Source: Wolbachia endosymbiont strain TRS of Brugia malayi (lineage in GTDB: Bacteria; Pseudomonadota; Alphaproteobacteria; Rickettsiales; Anaplasmataceae). Taken from it: DNA of 32,000 nt. Position 1 is the first letter of the stretch; every line of letters begins with the position of its first letter. Location: the NCBI RefSeq assembly GCF_000008385.1, contig NC_006833.1:1-32000 (forward strand), in the 5' to 3' direction. The notes under the pieces were generated by a model. It saw only the letters and a program-made list of their open reading frames with translations. It was not told the DNA's origin and did not search any database. Made by a program: the position numbers and the translations under genes. Positions 1 through 8,825 of the stretch are shown here, piece after piece.

Positions 1-110
1 AAGTTACTAACATATTTATTCACAAGTTAAGTAACAAGAATCTTAACCGAGTTTTAAGTCAATGACAAGTTGTTGACAAAACTACTACTACTATTATTAT
101 ACCTTAATAT

Positions 111-1154
111 ATGAAAGAGGAGAGCGAGCTGGCTAGAATAAAGAGTAGTAAGGCAGTAGTATCAAAGACTATAAAGGAGGGAAAGCAGGGCAGGAAAATA
201 CCTATCTGGCTAATGCGGCAGGCTGGCAGGTCTCTTCCTGAATACCGCAGGGCAGTAAAGGACACAAGCAGTTTTATGGAAATATGCTACAACACAGACC
301 TGGTAGTAGAGTTAACATTACAGCCAGTGGCAAGATTCAGCATGGACGCAGCAATAATTTTCTCAGATATTTTGATAGTGGCTGATGTTCTAGGTTGTGA
401 TGTAGACTTCATACGCGGTGTAGGCCCGACGATAAAACCTGTAAAGAATTTCAAAGAATTGAGAAATCCACAGAAAATTGAAACTAAGACCTTACCAATC
501 CTAAATGCTATAAGAAAGGTTAGAGACAAATTGCCAGAAGAAAAGTCTCTTATAGGATTTGCTGGAGGGCCGTGGACGGTAGCTTCATACATAATAGAGG
601 GCAGAAGCAGCAAAACCTTTTCTAAGGTGTTAAACCTACATCCCTCGAGTTTAGAGCAGATAATTGAACAGATAACGGAAGTGACGATTTCCTATCTGGT
701 TAAGCAAATAGAATTTGGAGCAGATGTTATTCAGTTATTTGACAGTAATGCTGGTGTACTCTCAGGAGAACTATTTGAGGAGTGTGTTATCAAGCCAACA
801 AAGAAAATTGTTTCAGCAATAAAAGGCAAGTTTCCTGATTTTCCGATAATAGGTTTCCCGAAATCTGCTGGAAGCCTTTACAAAGATTATTGTGAAAAAA
901 CTGGTGTGTCCGCGGTGAGTATAGACTATAACGTTCCAATAGAATGGGCAAAAGAAAACCTAAAAATTCCCTTACAAGGAAATCTTAATCCTAGCCTTTT
1001 GGCCTACAATAAAATGGAAGCAATTAAAGAAACGAAGCGCATAATAGATTGCTTTAGAGATTTACCTTTCATATTTAATCTTGGGCATGGAGTGCTTCCT
1101 AATACTCCGATTGAGAATATTGCTGCGCTAGTCGACTTAGTGAAGAGTCAGTAA
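111..1154 (+). CDS. hemE: uroporphyrinogen decarboxylase
   Basis: 347-aa ORF of typical HemE length. The N-terminal [16 protein letters not shown] is the URO-D signature. Antisense ORFs inside it are discounted. Confidence 0.93.
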   Translation: MKEESELARIKSSKAVVSKTIKEGKQGRKIPIWLMRQAGRSLPEYRRAVKDTSSFMEICYNTDLVVELTLQPVARFSMDAAIIFSDILIVADVLGCDVDFIRGVGPTIKPVKNFKELRNPQKIETKTLPILNAIRKVRDKLPEEKSLIGFAGGPWTVASYIIEGRSSKTFSKVLNLHPSSLEQIIEQITEVTISYLVKQIEFGADVIQLFDSNAGVLSGELFEECVIKPTKKIVSAIKGKFPDFPIIGFPKSAGSLYKDYCEKTGVSAVSIDYNVPIEWAKENLKIPLQGNLNPSLLAYNKMEAIKETKRIIDCFRDLPFIFNLGHGVLPNTPIENIAALVDLVKSQ

Positions 1155-1215
1155 CAAAATTCCTGGCTTTTTTGTTGTACGAGGCTTATTATTTGAGTTT
1201 AGCTCTAGTAAAATT

Positions 1216-2409
1216 ATGTCAGACCTTGCAAAAAGAATGCTCCTGATAAAGCCATCACCTACAATTGCTGTAACCGATAAGGCAAATAGGTTAAAAGATG
1301 AAGGAAAAAAAATCTGTATTTTAGCCGCGGGAGAACCAGATTTTGATACTCCTGACCACATAAAAAAAGTGGCCATTCAAGCGATAGATGAAGGTAAAAC
1401 CAAGTATACTGCTGTGGATGGAACACGTGAACTTAAAGAGGCAATAATCAGCAAATTGAAAAGGGATAATAATCTTGAGTATGCACTTAGTCAGGTTTGT
1501 GTTGGTGCTGGTGCTAAACAGGTATTATTTAACTTGTTTATGGCAACAGTTAACCCTGGAGATGAAGCTATAATTCCTGCTCCTTATTGGGTCTCGTACG
1601 TTGATATGGTAAGCCTTTTTGGTGGCTTGCCAGTTGTGATAGAGTGTGGACAAGGCTTAAAACTGACACCGGAATTGTTGAAGAACAAGGTGACCAAAAA
1701 AACTAAGTGGTTGATTCTCAACTCACCAAATAATCCAGCAGGGGTTGTATATACGTACGGTGAGTTGGAAGGCATAGCACAAGTATTGCTTGAATATCCA
1801 CATGTGAATATTATTACAGATGACATTTACGAACATATAATATATGACGAGAAGTTCTTCACCATAGCTCAGGTTGAACCGAAACTTTACAATAGGGTTT
1901 TTGTGGTCAATGGAGTGTCAAAGGCTTATGCGATGACAGGCTGGAGAATAGGTTACATTGCAGGTAGAAGTGATGTAGTGAAAGCTATTTCCACATTGCA
2001 GTCTCAGAGCACTTCTAACCCAAATTCGATAGCGCAAGCAGCAGCAGTTGAGGCATTGAATGGTGATCATAGCTTTTTGAAGGAAAGAATGGGAATCTTT
2101 AAAAGTCGTAGGGATTTTGTAATAGAGAAGCTAAATTCTGCTCCAGGGTTATTAGCATCCATTCCGCAAGGTGCGTTCTATTTGTTTGTCTCGTGTAAAG
2201 ATTTGTTGGGCAAAAGCACAAAGAGCGGTAAAGTAATAAATAACGATCTTGATTTTGCTGAATACTTGCTGGAAGATCATCTGGTTGCTGTGATACCGGG
2301 AATTGCGTTTGGCCTGAAGAATTTTATTAGAATTTCTTATGCAACCTCTCAGGAACAACTGGAAATTGGGTGTAACAGCATTATTAAAGCGTGTAAAATG
2401 TTAAGTTAA
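1216..2409 (+). CDS. aatA: aspartate aminotransferase (class I PLP-dependent aminotransferase)
   Basis: 397-aa ORF. Contains the LNSPNNPAG motif and the PLP-lysine context NGVSKAYAMTGWRIGY typical of AspAT class I enzymes. Confidence 0.88.
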   Translation: MSDLAKRMLLIKPSPTIAVTDKANRLKDEGKKICILAAGEPDFDTPDHIKKVAIQAIDEGKTKYTAVDGTRELKEAIISKLKRDNNLEYALSQVCVGAGAKQVLFNLFMATVNPGDEAIIPAPYWVSYVDMVSLFGGLPVVIECGQGLKLTPELLKNKVTKKTKWLILNSPNNPAGVVYTYGELEGIAQVLLEYPHVNIITDDIYEHIIYDEKFFTIAQVEPKLYNRVFVVNGVSKAYAMTGWRIGYIAGRSDVVKAISTLQSQSTSNPNSIAQAAAVEALNGDHSFLKERMGIFKSRRDFVIEKLNSAPGLLASIPQGAFYLFVSCKDLLGKSTKSGKVINNDLDFAEYLLEDHLVAVIPGIAFGLKNFIRISYATSQEQLEIGCNSIIKACKMLS

Positions 2410-2920
2410 CTTTTTTACACTTTCATGTGTAATATCCTTACATATCAGTGAAGTGGAGTTAGTGTATAGCTTAAACGTATTTTTTGTTGGCTAGTCTATT
2501 TGAAATAGTATGGACTACAGCACTAAAATACAGCAGTAGTTCTACTCGCATTTTACCTGTAATAATAATTTTGGTTTGTACTCCTGTAAGTCTTTACTAG
2601 TTATCGGTAGCAATGAAATTCATTCCCTTGACACGTCTTTGCGGGTTGAACTGGCGCGGGTTCTATAGGCGCAGCAATAGTGGGAATGGCTTTTTTTATG
2701 ATCCAGTAAATTTTTGGCATTCATTTTCCATTATTTTAGTGGTGATAGGCATTATAGGCTTGAAAGTGTTTACCAAATAAATAATTGAATACCAGATGTA
2801 AAAATATATATGCTAAAAATTAAGGTAAAGTAAACGGTTCATGAATGCATATTTTATAATGTCGAAGATGTTTACCTGAGTTATCTCGGATTCTTTTATT
2901 TGTGAAAAAGGCTTTGCTGA

Positions 2921-3336
2921 CTAGGCAAGTACCTTTCCAATGTTTAATTCTTCACTTTCCTCGTTTTGTTGAATTAAGTTGATATTATTTATTTTATCTA
3001 CTAAATCTTTTCCTTCCTCTAGGGTTTTTAAATCGCTTTCATTAATGTAATGTTCATTGTTGAATTCTGCAACGATCTCTTTCTTTTTTGGATGAGTGTT
3101 TAGGAATTCCAATACCTGATGTTTAGCGTAAGCTCGAATAAATTCCTTATTAAATCTTCGGTCGTTATGTAGATCTTCTAAACTTTCGTCATAGTGTTTT
3201 GCTTGATTGACAGTAAATTTATTATTTCTTCTATACCACTTAGAAGCTCCTTATAAAGTTTGCCGTATCTATTACCTACGTGTGCGGCAAGTATTTGTTC
3301 GATATATTTTGATATAATTTTACAGCGTGTTACCTG
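2921..3336 (-). pseudogene. frameshifted remnant of an unidentified gene
   Basis: The 63-aa track ORF (2921-3112) extends upstream in the same frame (AKHYDESLEDLHNDRRFNKEFIRAYAKHQVLEF...). A second frame continues further (CKIISKYIEQILAAHVGNRYGKLYKELLSGIEEIINLLSIKQ). No ATG heads the upstream part. No family recognised. Confidence 0.3.
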
Positions 3337-3816
3337 CTATGCTTATACTCATAACTTATTTTAACGTTACATTGGATATTTTACACGCGGAAAGGTTAAT
3401 ATTGAGCTAACTGAAGCGTTTCTGAAGCCAAACTTTACTAAAAATTGTGTTATTTTAGATATAATTTTCATTGTAGAATAAAAACATAAATAAAATGGAT
3501 CTTGTAACAAAAGTAAAGCTTAAGATTAAAGATAAATAAGGGCAAAATTATAAATGTTTTTATCATCTGTGATGTAATTTTTTAATATATCTTATCCGTG
3601 AACTAGTAGCGGAAATGGTAGAAAAATCGTAAATGAGATAAAAAATCTCTATTTAAAATACCTTTTTCCGTTTAAGCAGCTAACACCAAAAATTTAGTTG
3701 ATGTGTAATTACTTATTTGCTATGAATTTAGCTCTGTTAAATTTCGATAAATTAAACTAAGTGTTTATAAAAATATTGTTCTTTGTAAATAAAGTACCTA
3801 TAATTCTAAGTTTGAG

Positions 3817-5037
3817 GTGAGGTTGATGCTACAGAGAAATTTTTTAATATGGTTATTAGCATCGCTATTCTACGCATACCAGTATATATTACGCGTAATC
3901 CCAAACATAATCGCACCTGAATTAATAACAAAGTTTAACATAAGCATTGCGGATATTGGTCAATTTGGTGGGCTATACTATATAGGCTACACATTTGCTC
4001 ACATACCTGTTGGTTTTGCCCTTGATAGGTTCGGACCAAAATTTGTTTTGCCTATATGTGTTGTTTTAACGTTTGTTGGAACATTACCGCTCATATACTT
4101 TGATGAGTGGTATTACTTAACATTTAGTAGAATAATTGTTGGAGTTGGATCATCTGCTTCAGCAATTGGAATCTTCAAAATTGCAAGCACATATTTTTCG
4201 CAGAAAAAATCGGCAAAAATGGCCAGTTTATCTATAATAGTAGGATTGCTGGGAGCTATTTATGGCGGACTACCCCTGAATTTTTTGTTCAATAAGTTTG
4301 GTTGGGATTATGTTATATACGCTTTCTCAACGTTTGGTTGTTTACTTGCTCTGCTTCTATTCTTCATAACACCAAACAATAGTACAGAGAAGAATGTAAG
4401 TGGCAATGTATTTCAAGATTTAAAAACTGTGCTTTTCAACAAGCATATCATTCTAATCAGCTTTTTTAGTGGCTTAATGGTTGGTCCTTTAGAGGGTTTT
4501 GCTGATGGTTGGGCAAAGGCATTCTTATGTGAAGTATATCAAATGACCGGAGATCTAGCGTCCTTGCTTTCTTCTCTCATATTTATAGGCATGGGAGCTG
4601 GGTCGTTCTTTTTAGCTTACTTCCTGGAGAGGCATCCAAATAGGCACTACGAAGCAATTATTGCATGTTCTCTTGCAATGATTGCTAGTTTTCTCTTGCT
4701 TTTTGCACAAGCTGGCGGTCTATATGTTGTACTGCCTACACTTCTTATTATCGGCTTTGCATCTGGATACCAAGTGATTGCCATTTATAAAGCAATAAGT
4801 TATGTGGACAATAGCTTGGTAGGCCTGACTACAGCTGTGTCAAACATGATAATTATGGTTTTTGGCTATTTTTTTCACACTGGAATCGCAAAAATAGTAG
4901 ATTTATGTTGGGATAGAACGGTAATACAAGGAAATCCTGTATATGGTTCTGAGCTGCTGATAAAAGCAATATCAATTATTCCTATATGTCTACTTTTGGC
5001 TGTTTTTTGGTTCGTTTGGTTAAAGAAAAGGTCTTGA
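3817..5037 (+). CDS. MFS transporter, substrate unknown
   Basis: 406 aa and highly hydrophobic, with about 12 predicted TM segments by eye. MFS-type loop motif GFALDRFGPKFVL between TM2 and TM3. The track start is GTG at 3817; ATG at 3826, preceded by gaggtgagg, is an equally plausible start. Confidence 0.85.
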   Translation: MRLMLQRNFLIWLLASLFYAYQYILRVIPNIIAPELITKFNISIADIGQFGGLYYIGYTFAHIPVGFALDRFGPKFVLPICVVLTFVGTLPLIYFDEWYYLTFSRIIVGVGSSASAIGIFKIASTYFSQKKSAKMASLSIIVGLLGAIYGGLPLNFLFNKFGWDYVIYAFSTFGCLLALLLFFITPNNSTEKNVSGNVFQDLKTVLFNKHIILISFFSGLMVGPLEGFADGWAKAFLCEVYQMTGDLASLLSSLIFIGMGAGSFFLAYFLERHPNRHYEAIIACSLAMIASFLLLFAQAGGLYVVLPTLLIIGFASGYQVIAIYKAISYVDNSLVGLTTAVSNMIIMVFGYFFHTGIAKIVDLCWDRTVIQGNPVYGSELLIKAISIIPICLLLAVFWFVWLKKRS

Positions 5038-5086
5038 AATTGCTTATGGTATTTTGGTATTATTAGATTGAAGTGGAGTTTTACCT

Positions 5087-6364
5087 ATGACAAATGTTTC
5101 AGAGAGAATCTATGACTCTAAGAATAGTTTAAAGTTTCTTGATGACGAGATTTATCAATCTATAGAGAGAGAGTTGCAGCGTCAAAGATCGCAATTGCAA
5201 CTGATTGCATCAGAGAATTTTGCAAGTAAAGCGGTAATGGAAGCACAAGGTTCTTTTCTGACTAATAAGTATGCAGAAGGTTATATAGGCAAAAGGTATT
5301 ACTGTGGTTGTGAGTATGTGGATGAAGTTGAGAATTTGGCTATAGAAAGACTCTGTAAGCTGTTTAATGTTAGATTTGCAAATGTTCAACCTCACTCTGG
5401 CTCTCAAGCGAATCAAGCAGTATTTGCTTCACTACTCACTCCAGGAGATACAATACTTGGGTTATCAATAAGTTGTGGAGGACATTTAACTCATGGTGCG
5501 GCGCCGAACCTTTCTGGTAAGTGGTTTAAATCGATTCAATATGCAATTGACAGAGGTACCTGTCTGCTTGATATGGACGAAGTGGAAAGACTAGCACTCG
5601 AACATAAGCCAAAATTGATCATAGCTGGTGCTTCTGCTTACCCAAGAAGAATGGATTTCAAGCGCTTTCGCGAGATTGCAGATAAAGTTAGTGCATATTT
5701 ACTTGCAGATATTGCTCACTATGCTGGACTTATTGCAGCGGGTGAGTATCCGTCCCCTGCTAAATATGCGCATATTATAACTTCCACGACTCACAAAACT
5801 CTGCGTGGTCCTCGCGGTGGAGTGGTAATAACAAATGATGAAGCACTACATAAAAAAGTTCAATCTGCAGTTTTCCCAGGGTTACAAGGTGGGCCGCTTA
5901 TGCATGTGATAGCTGCAAAAGCTGTTGCATTTAAAGAGGCATTGGCGCCAGAGTTTAAAGCCTATATCAAAAGAGTTGTGGAGAATGCGAAAGTGCTAGC
6001 TCAAGCGTTGCAAAAGCATGGGCTGAGCGTTATAACCGGTGGCACTGACTCCCATATAGTGCTAGTTGACTTAAGACCGCAAAAATTGACTGGAAAAGGC
6101 GCTGTGGATAGCCTTGAAAGGGCTGGTATTACCTGCAATAAAAACTCTGTACCATTTGACATGGAAAAACCGACTATTACTTCAGGACTACGTTTTGGCA
6201 CTGCTGCTGAGACAACACGTGGACTTAAGGCAGAGAACTTTAAAGAAATAGCTGACCTAATAAATGAAGTGATTCAAGGATTAATTAACGGAAACAACTC
6301 AGATGTTGAGAGAATAGTGAAAAATAAAGTTAAAAAGATTTGTGATGATTTTCCTATTTATTAG
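5087..6364 (+). CDS. glyA: serine hydroxymethyltransferase
   Basis: 425 aa. Contains [18 protein letters not shown] and the PLP-lysine block [14 protein letters not shown], all canonical SHMT motifs. Confidence 0.96.
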   Translation: MTNVSERIYDSKNSLKFLDDEIYQSIERELQRQRSQLQLIASENFASKAVMEAQGSFLTNKYAEGYIGKRYYCGCEYVDEVENLAIERLCKLFNVRFANVQPHSGSQANQAVFASLLTPGDTILGLSISCGGHLTHGAAPNLSGKWFKSIQYAIDRGTCLLDMDEVERLALEHKPKLIIAGASAYPRRMDFKRFREIADKVSAYLLADIAHYAGLIAAGEYPSPAKYAHIITSTTHKTLRGPRGGVVITNDEALHKKVQSAVFPGLQGGPLMHVIAAKAVAFKEALAPEFKAYIKRVVENAKVLAQALQKHGLSVITGGTDSHIVLVDLRPQKLTGKGAVDSLERAGITCNKNSVPFDMEKPTITSGLRFGTAAETTRGLKAENFKEIADLINEVIQGLINGNNSDVERIVKNKVKKICDDFPIY

Positions 6365-6388
6365 TAGTTGCTATAAGCCATGAGAGCT

Positions 6389-6830
6389 GCAAAAAATCAC
6401 TTATAAACCTCGCTAGCCCATCCTATTAATCATGATGCTGAAGGTATTCAGTTATCTTCAATCTGTGCAGATTAAAATGACAAAGTATTACATAGTTGGC
6501 GTCTTGTGTTTTATTTTTTGCACTATATGTACCTTATGTCTTCATAACATTTTTAAGTTTTTACCTATATAAGCTGAAACTCGCTTGTAAAGCGTTTAAG
6601 ACAGTATAATATGCCAATTTGCAGGATTAGAGGGTAAACACTATCTACCACTGGATATCTTTTGCTTTTTTTATTTATTAAATTTTTTAATATTTATAGC
6701 TACCGTCATTTTGCTGCTTGTTAGCAGCTGAGAGATACCACAGTTCTCACGGTATATGAAATAGGGGCTGCCGATACCTCAGTGTGTGACATTGGCTTCT
6801 CATACTGGAAAACCATGGGATGGTAGAAAA
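6389..6830. repeat. copy A of a ~430-bp block repeated in inverted orientation (partner 30310-30732)
   Basis: Hand alignment of 6389-6830 against the reverse complement of 30310-30732. The best-conserved core is 6441-6602 vs 30527-30689, with about 23 mismatch or indel positions in about 163 by my count. The distal third consists of gtcatcccgc/ccagcacgtg-type hairpin modules. Similarity may extend to the glyA stop codon (shared agtagttg). Confidence 0.75.
6477..6572 (+). CDS. candidate 31-aa hydrophobic Cys-rich mini-ORF inside repeat copy A (possibly a frameshifted copy)
   Basis: ATG..TAA reads MTKYYIVGVLCFIFCTICTLCLHNIFKFLPI*. The first 23 codons are conserved with the ORF in copy B. No clear Shine-Dalgarno. 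Below the ORF-track length cut-off. Coding status unproven. Confidence 0.25.
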   Translation: MTKYYIVGVLCFIFCTICTLCLHNIFKFLPI

Positions 6831-6851
6831 TATTAAATTTATTTACTATAT

Positions 6852-7141
6852 ATGAAAAGTTATTATATTTGTATACTTGCAAGTAAACACAATAGAGCTC
6901 TATATATTAGGTGTCATGTCAAATTTAGTTAAACAGGTTTGGGAACATAAGAACAAGGTCACTCCTAGCTTTACATTGAAACATAATGTGCAAAAGTTAG
7001 TTTACTTTGAGGAATTTCAAGACGTTAAATTGTCTTTAATAGAGAAAAACTACTAAAAGCTAGAAAAGAGAATGGAAAATTGGTTTGATTGTGAAAAGAA
7101 ATCCATATTAAGCTGATTTATATGAGGAAATCATAAAATAA
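6852..7141 (+). pseudogene. GIY-YIG nuclease superfamily (UPF0213-type) pseudogene
   Basis: Three-frame reading gives MKSYYICILASKHNRALYI / GVMSNLVKQVWEHKNKVTPSFTLKHNVQKLVYFEEFQDVKLSLIEKNY* / EWKIGLIVKRNPY*ADLYEEIIK*. This matches the small GIY-YIG (YIYIL..LYIG.T.NL..R..EH) family layout. At least two frameshifts and two in-frame stops. Confidence 0.7.
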
Positions 7142-7146
7142 AATTA

Positions 7147-7431
7147 AAATCCCAGTACCACGCACTGGAATAGTAGGAAAATAAGGTGTCATTCCAGCAC
7201 GTGACCAGGAAAAAATACATAAATCCCAGTGGCATTGGAATGGCAAAGGTTAGTGCCATAAAAGTAGCTGGACTGTATAAGCATTACGATTTGAGCCTAC
7301 CAAGAGGGTAAATCCCAGTGCGTGACACTGGAATTTATAACTAACGAAGGTTTGCTTCTATTATCCTGGAATCTATATCAAACGCGAGGGCAAAATCGAC
7401 TAGATTCCAGCGTCACACGCTGAAATGACAA
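7147..7431. repeat. cluster of short hairpin (palindromic) repeats, RPE/WPE-like
   Basis: Repeated modules: aaatcccagtaccacgcactggaat (7147-7171), gtcattccagcacgtgaccagga (7188-7210), aaatcccagtggcattggaat (7221-7241), aaatcccagtgcgtgacactggaat (7311-7335) and agattccagcgtcacacgctgaaatgac (7403-7430). Most fold as 5-6 bp stems. Related copies lie at 8778-8805, 25675-25776, 28631-28703 and 30329-30372. Confidence 0.6.
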
Positions 7432-7464
7432 AAAAGTACAGGAATAACGTGGTGAACGTTATCC
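7425..7464 (-). terminator. candidate rho-independent terminator of the 397-aa gene
   Basis: On the minus strand, ggataacgt-tcacc-acgttattcc forms a 7-bp perfect stem plus a bulged GG/CC. It lies 8 nt after the stop codon and is followed by tgtactttttt. Confidence 0.45.
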
Positions 7465-7471
7465 AAGTATC

Positions 7472-8665
7472 TTAAATCCAATCCCAAGAAAGTGGAGCAT
7501 CATCACTTGTTGGAATCTCAAAAGACGGTTGTGATATTATTTCTCTCACAAAGCCTTGAAATGCTGGGTCTTTAGCGTCAACCTGGATTGTAATATCAGT
7601 TTTAAAATCTGTGTCACCTTTCAAATTATCTATCACTGTACCTCGTAACCCTGAGTTACTTGTTACAGCAGCGCGCAAACCTGGGTTCTGTGCAACTTCA
7701 TCAGTTAAATCTTTTTTGTTATTAGCAAGTAGTTTAGTAACTACTTCTTCAGCTGTTGGTTTCGTTCCTTTTTCACCTGAGAAAACCTTTGCTGTTTGAT
7801 TGCTATACTCTGTACTAGTGGTATCAAGAAATCTACCAAGTTTTTCCACTAGGATTGATTTTTGGCCGTCTTTTGCATCAAGTACTTTTCCTGCTACAGC
7901 TGGTGTTCCAAGGTCAGCGGTTTTAACAAACGTCTTAGCTAATTCAGTTTCAACTATCTTTACCTCTTTATTGCTAATGGGTTCTTTTGCATTAAGTATT
8001 GCTTCTACTAAAGCTTTTCCTTTGTCTGTTTGAGTTACAATGTTTGAACCATCAGTTTTGACAAGTGAGGCTTTTTCGGCTAAGAAATCCTTAGCTGTTA
8101 TTTTGGGATTACTGTCGCCGTACACTGCACCAGGTTCACCAAGAAGTCCACCAAGTTTTTCCACTAGGATTGATTTTTGGCCGTCTTTTGCAGGAAGTAT
8201 TTTCTCTGCAAAAGCTTTTTGGTTTACTGCATCTGTCAAATTGGAAGCGTCTTTTTTAACAAACTTGTCTTCTAGTTCAGTTTCAACAATGTTTTTATTC
8301 AAATTAACGAGATCTGTTGCTTTAAGTATAGTATCTACAACAGGCTTTTTTGATACTTCTTCTGCAAGGATTGATTCACCATCTACAGCTTTTTGTGTAG
8401 CAAGTAATGTACTTATAATATTACCAAGGCCTTTTATTTGGATTGCGTTACTATCTTTTTTCTGATATATAAATTTTACCTTTCCTTCCAGCAGATCGCT
8501 TAACTTGATATCATCAATATTAGTTAGAGTAGAAATACCTGAAGCATCTAGGGTATATTTGTTACCTCCACTATCTTCATAAACTATAATTTTAGCTTCA
8601 TTTAGATTTAATGTCATTTCTGTGATTTTTACTGACCCCTTATAAAGATATAAATTATCTGCCAT
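7472..8665 (-). CDS. orphan protein with an internal ~105-aa duplication (no domain recognised)
   Basis: 397-aa uninterrupted ORF in an AT-rich genome. A 42-bp perfect direct repeat (7836-7877 = 8151-8192) lies exactly 315 bp apart and in frame, giving AKDGQKSILVEKLG twice. NK.IVETEL..FVK also recurs. No signal peptide or TM segment seen. Confidence 0.75.
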   Translation of the reverse strand: MADNLYLYKGSVKITEMTLNLNEAKIIVYEDSGGNKYTLDASGISTLTNIDDIKLSDLLEGKVKFIYQKKDSNAIQIKGLGNIISTLLATQKAVDGESILAEEVSKKPVVDTILKATDLVNLNKNIVETELEDKFVKKDASNLTDAVNQKAFAEKILPAKDGQKSILVEKLGGLLGEPGAVYGDSNPKITAKDFLAEKASLVKTDGSNIVTQTDKGKALVEAILNAKEPISNKEVKIVETELAKTFVKTADLGTPAVAGKVLDAKDGQKSILVEKLGRFLDTTSTEYSNQTAKVFSGEKGTKPTAEEVVTKLLANNKKDLTDEVAQNPGLRAAVTSNSGLRGTVIDNLKGDTDFKTDITIQVDAKDPAFQGFVREIISQPSFEIPTSDDAPLSWDWI

Positions 8666-8777
8666 ATCACTCTACGTTGATTATTAAACTCGTAAGATGC
8701 ATGAAAAAAGTATAATTTCCGTAAATGTCAGATTTTATATAAGATCTTCTTGAAGTTTGTTATTTTAGAATTTTCCT

Positions 8778-8805
8778 CATTGTCATGCTTGACACTAGAA
8801 TCCAG
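8778..8805. repeat. solitary hairpin-repeat family member in the divergent intergenic region
   Basis: cattgtcatgcttgacactagaatccag resembles tcattccaacgcatgacactggaatccag at 25675-25703. Confidence 0.4.
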
Positions 8806-8825
8806 TTTTCTTTACAATCCCCTTT

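Noticed and set aside
287-613. 108-aa minus-strand ORF, and similarly 1137-1376, 1584-1826 and 2152-2358.
   Set aside because: They lie entirely antisense to, or overlap, the well-supported hemE and aatA genes. They have no motifs or SD and are typical shadow ORFs.
2448-2460. The 12-mer tgaagtggagtt occurs both here and at 5067-5079, upstream of glyA.
   Set aside because: It is too short to distinguish from chance. At glyA it probably just contains the ribosome-binding ggag.
2613-2780. 55-aa ORF MKFIPLTRLCGLNWRGFYRRSNSGNGFFYDPVNFWHSFSIILVVIGIIGLKVFTK with a C-terminal hydrophobic segment.
   Set aside because: It has no SD, no recognisable family and no second copy for comparison. It could be a real small membrane protein or a gene fragment, but the evidence is too thin to annotate.
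7147-7431. Possible CRISPR array, because of the repeated short palindromes.
   Set aside because: The repeats differ in sequence and orientation, spacing is irregular (about 15-70 bp), and no cas genes are present. It fits a dispersed hairpin-repeat family instead.
7611-8465. Three plus-strand ORFs (62, 77 and 141 aa) opposite the 397-aa gene.
   Set aside because: They are antisense shadows of a long intact ORF. Their repeated SFSTRIDFWPSFA strings simply mirror the 42-bp duplication on the coding strand.
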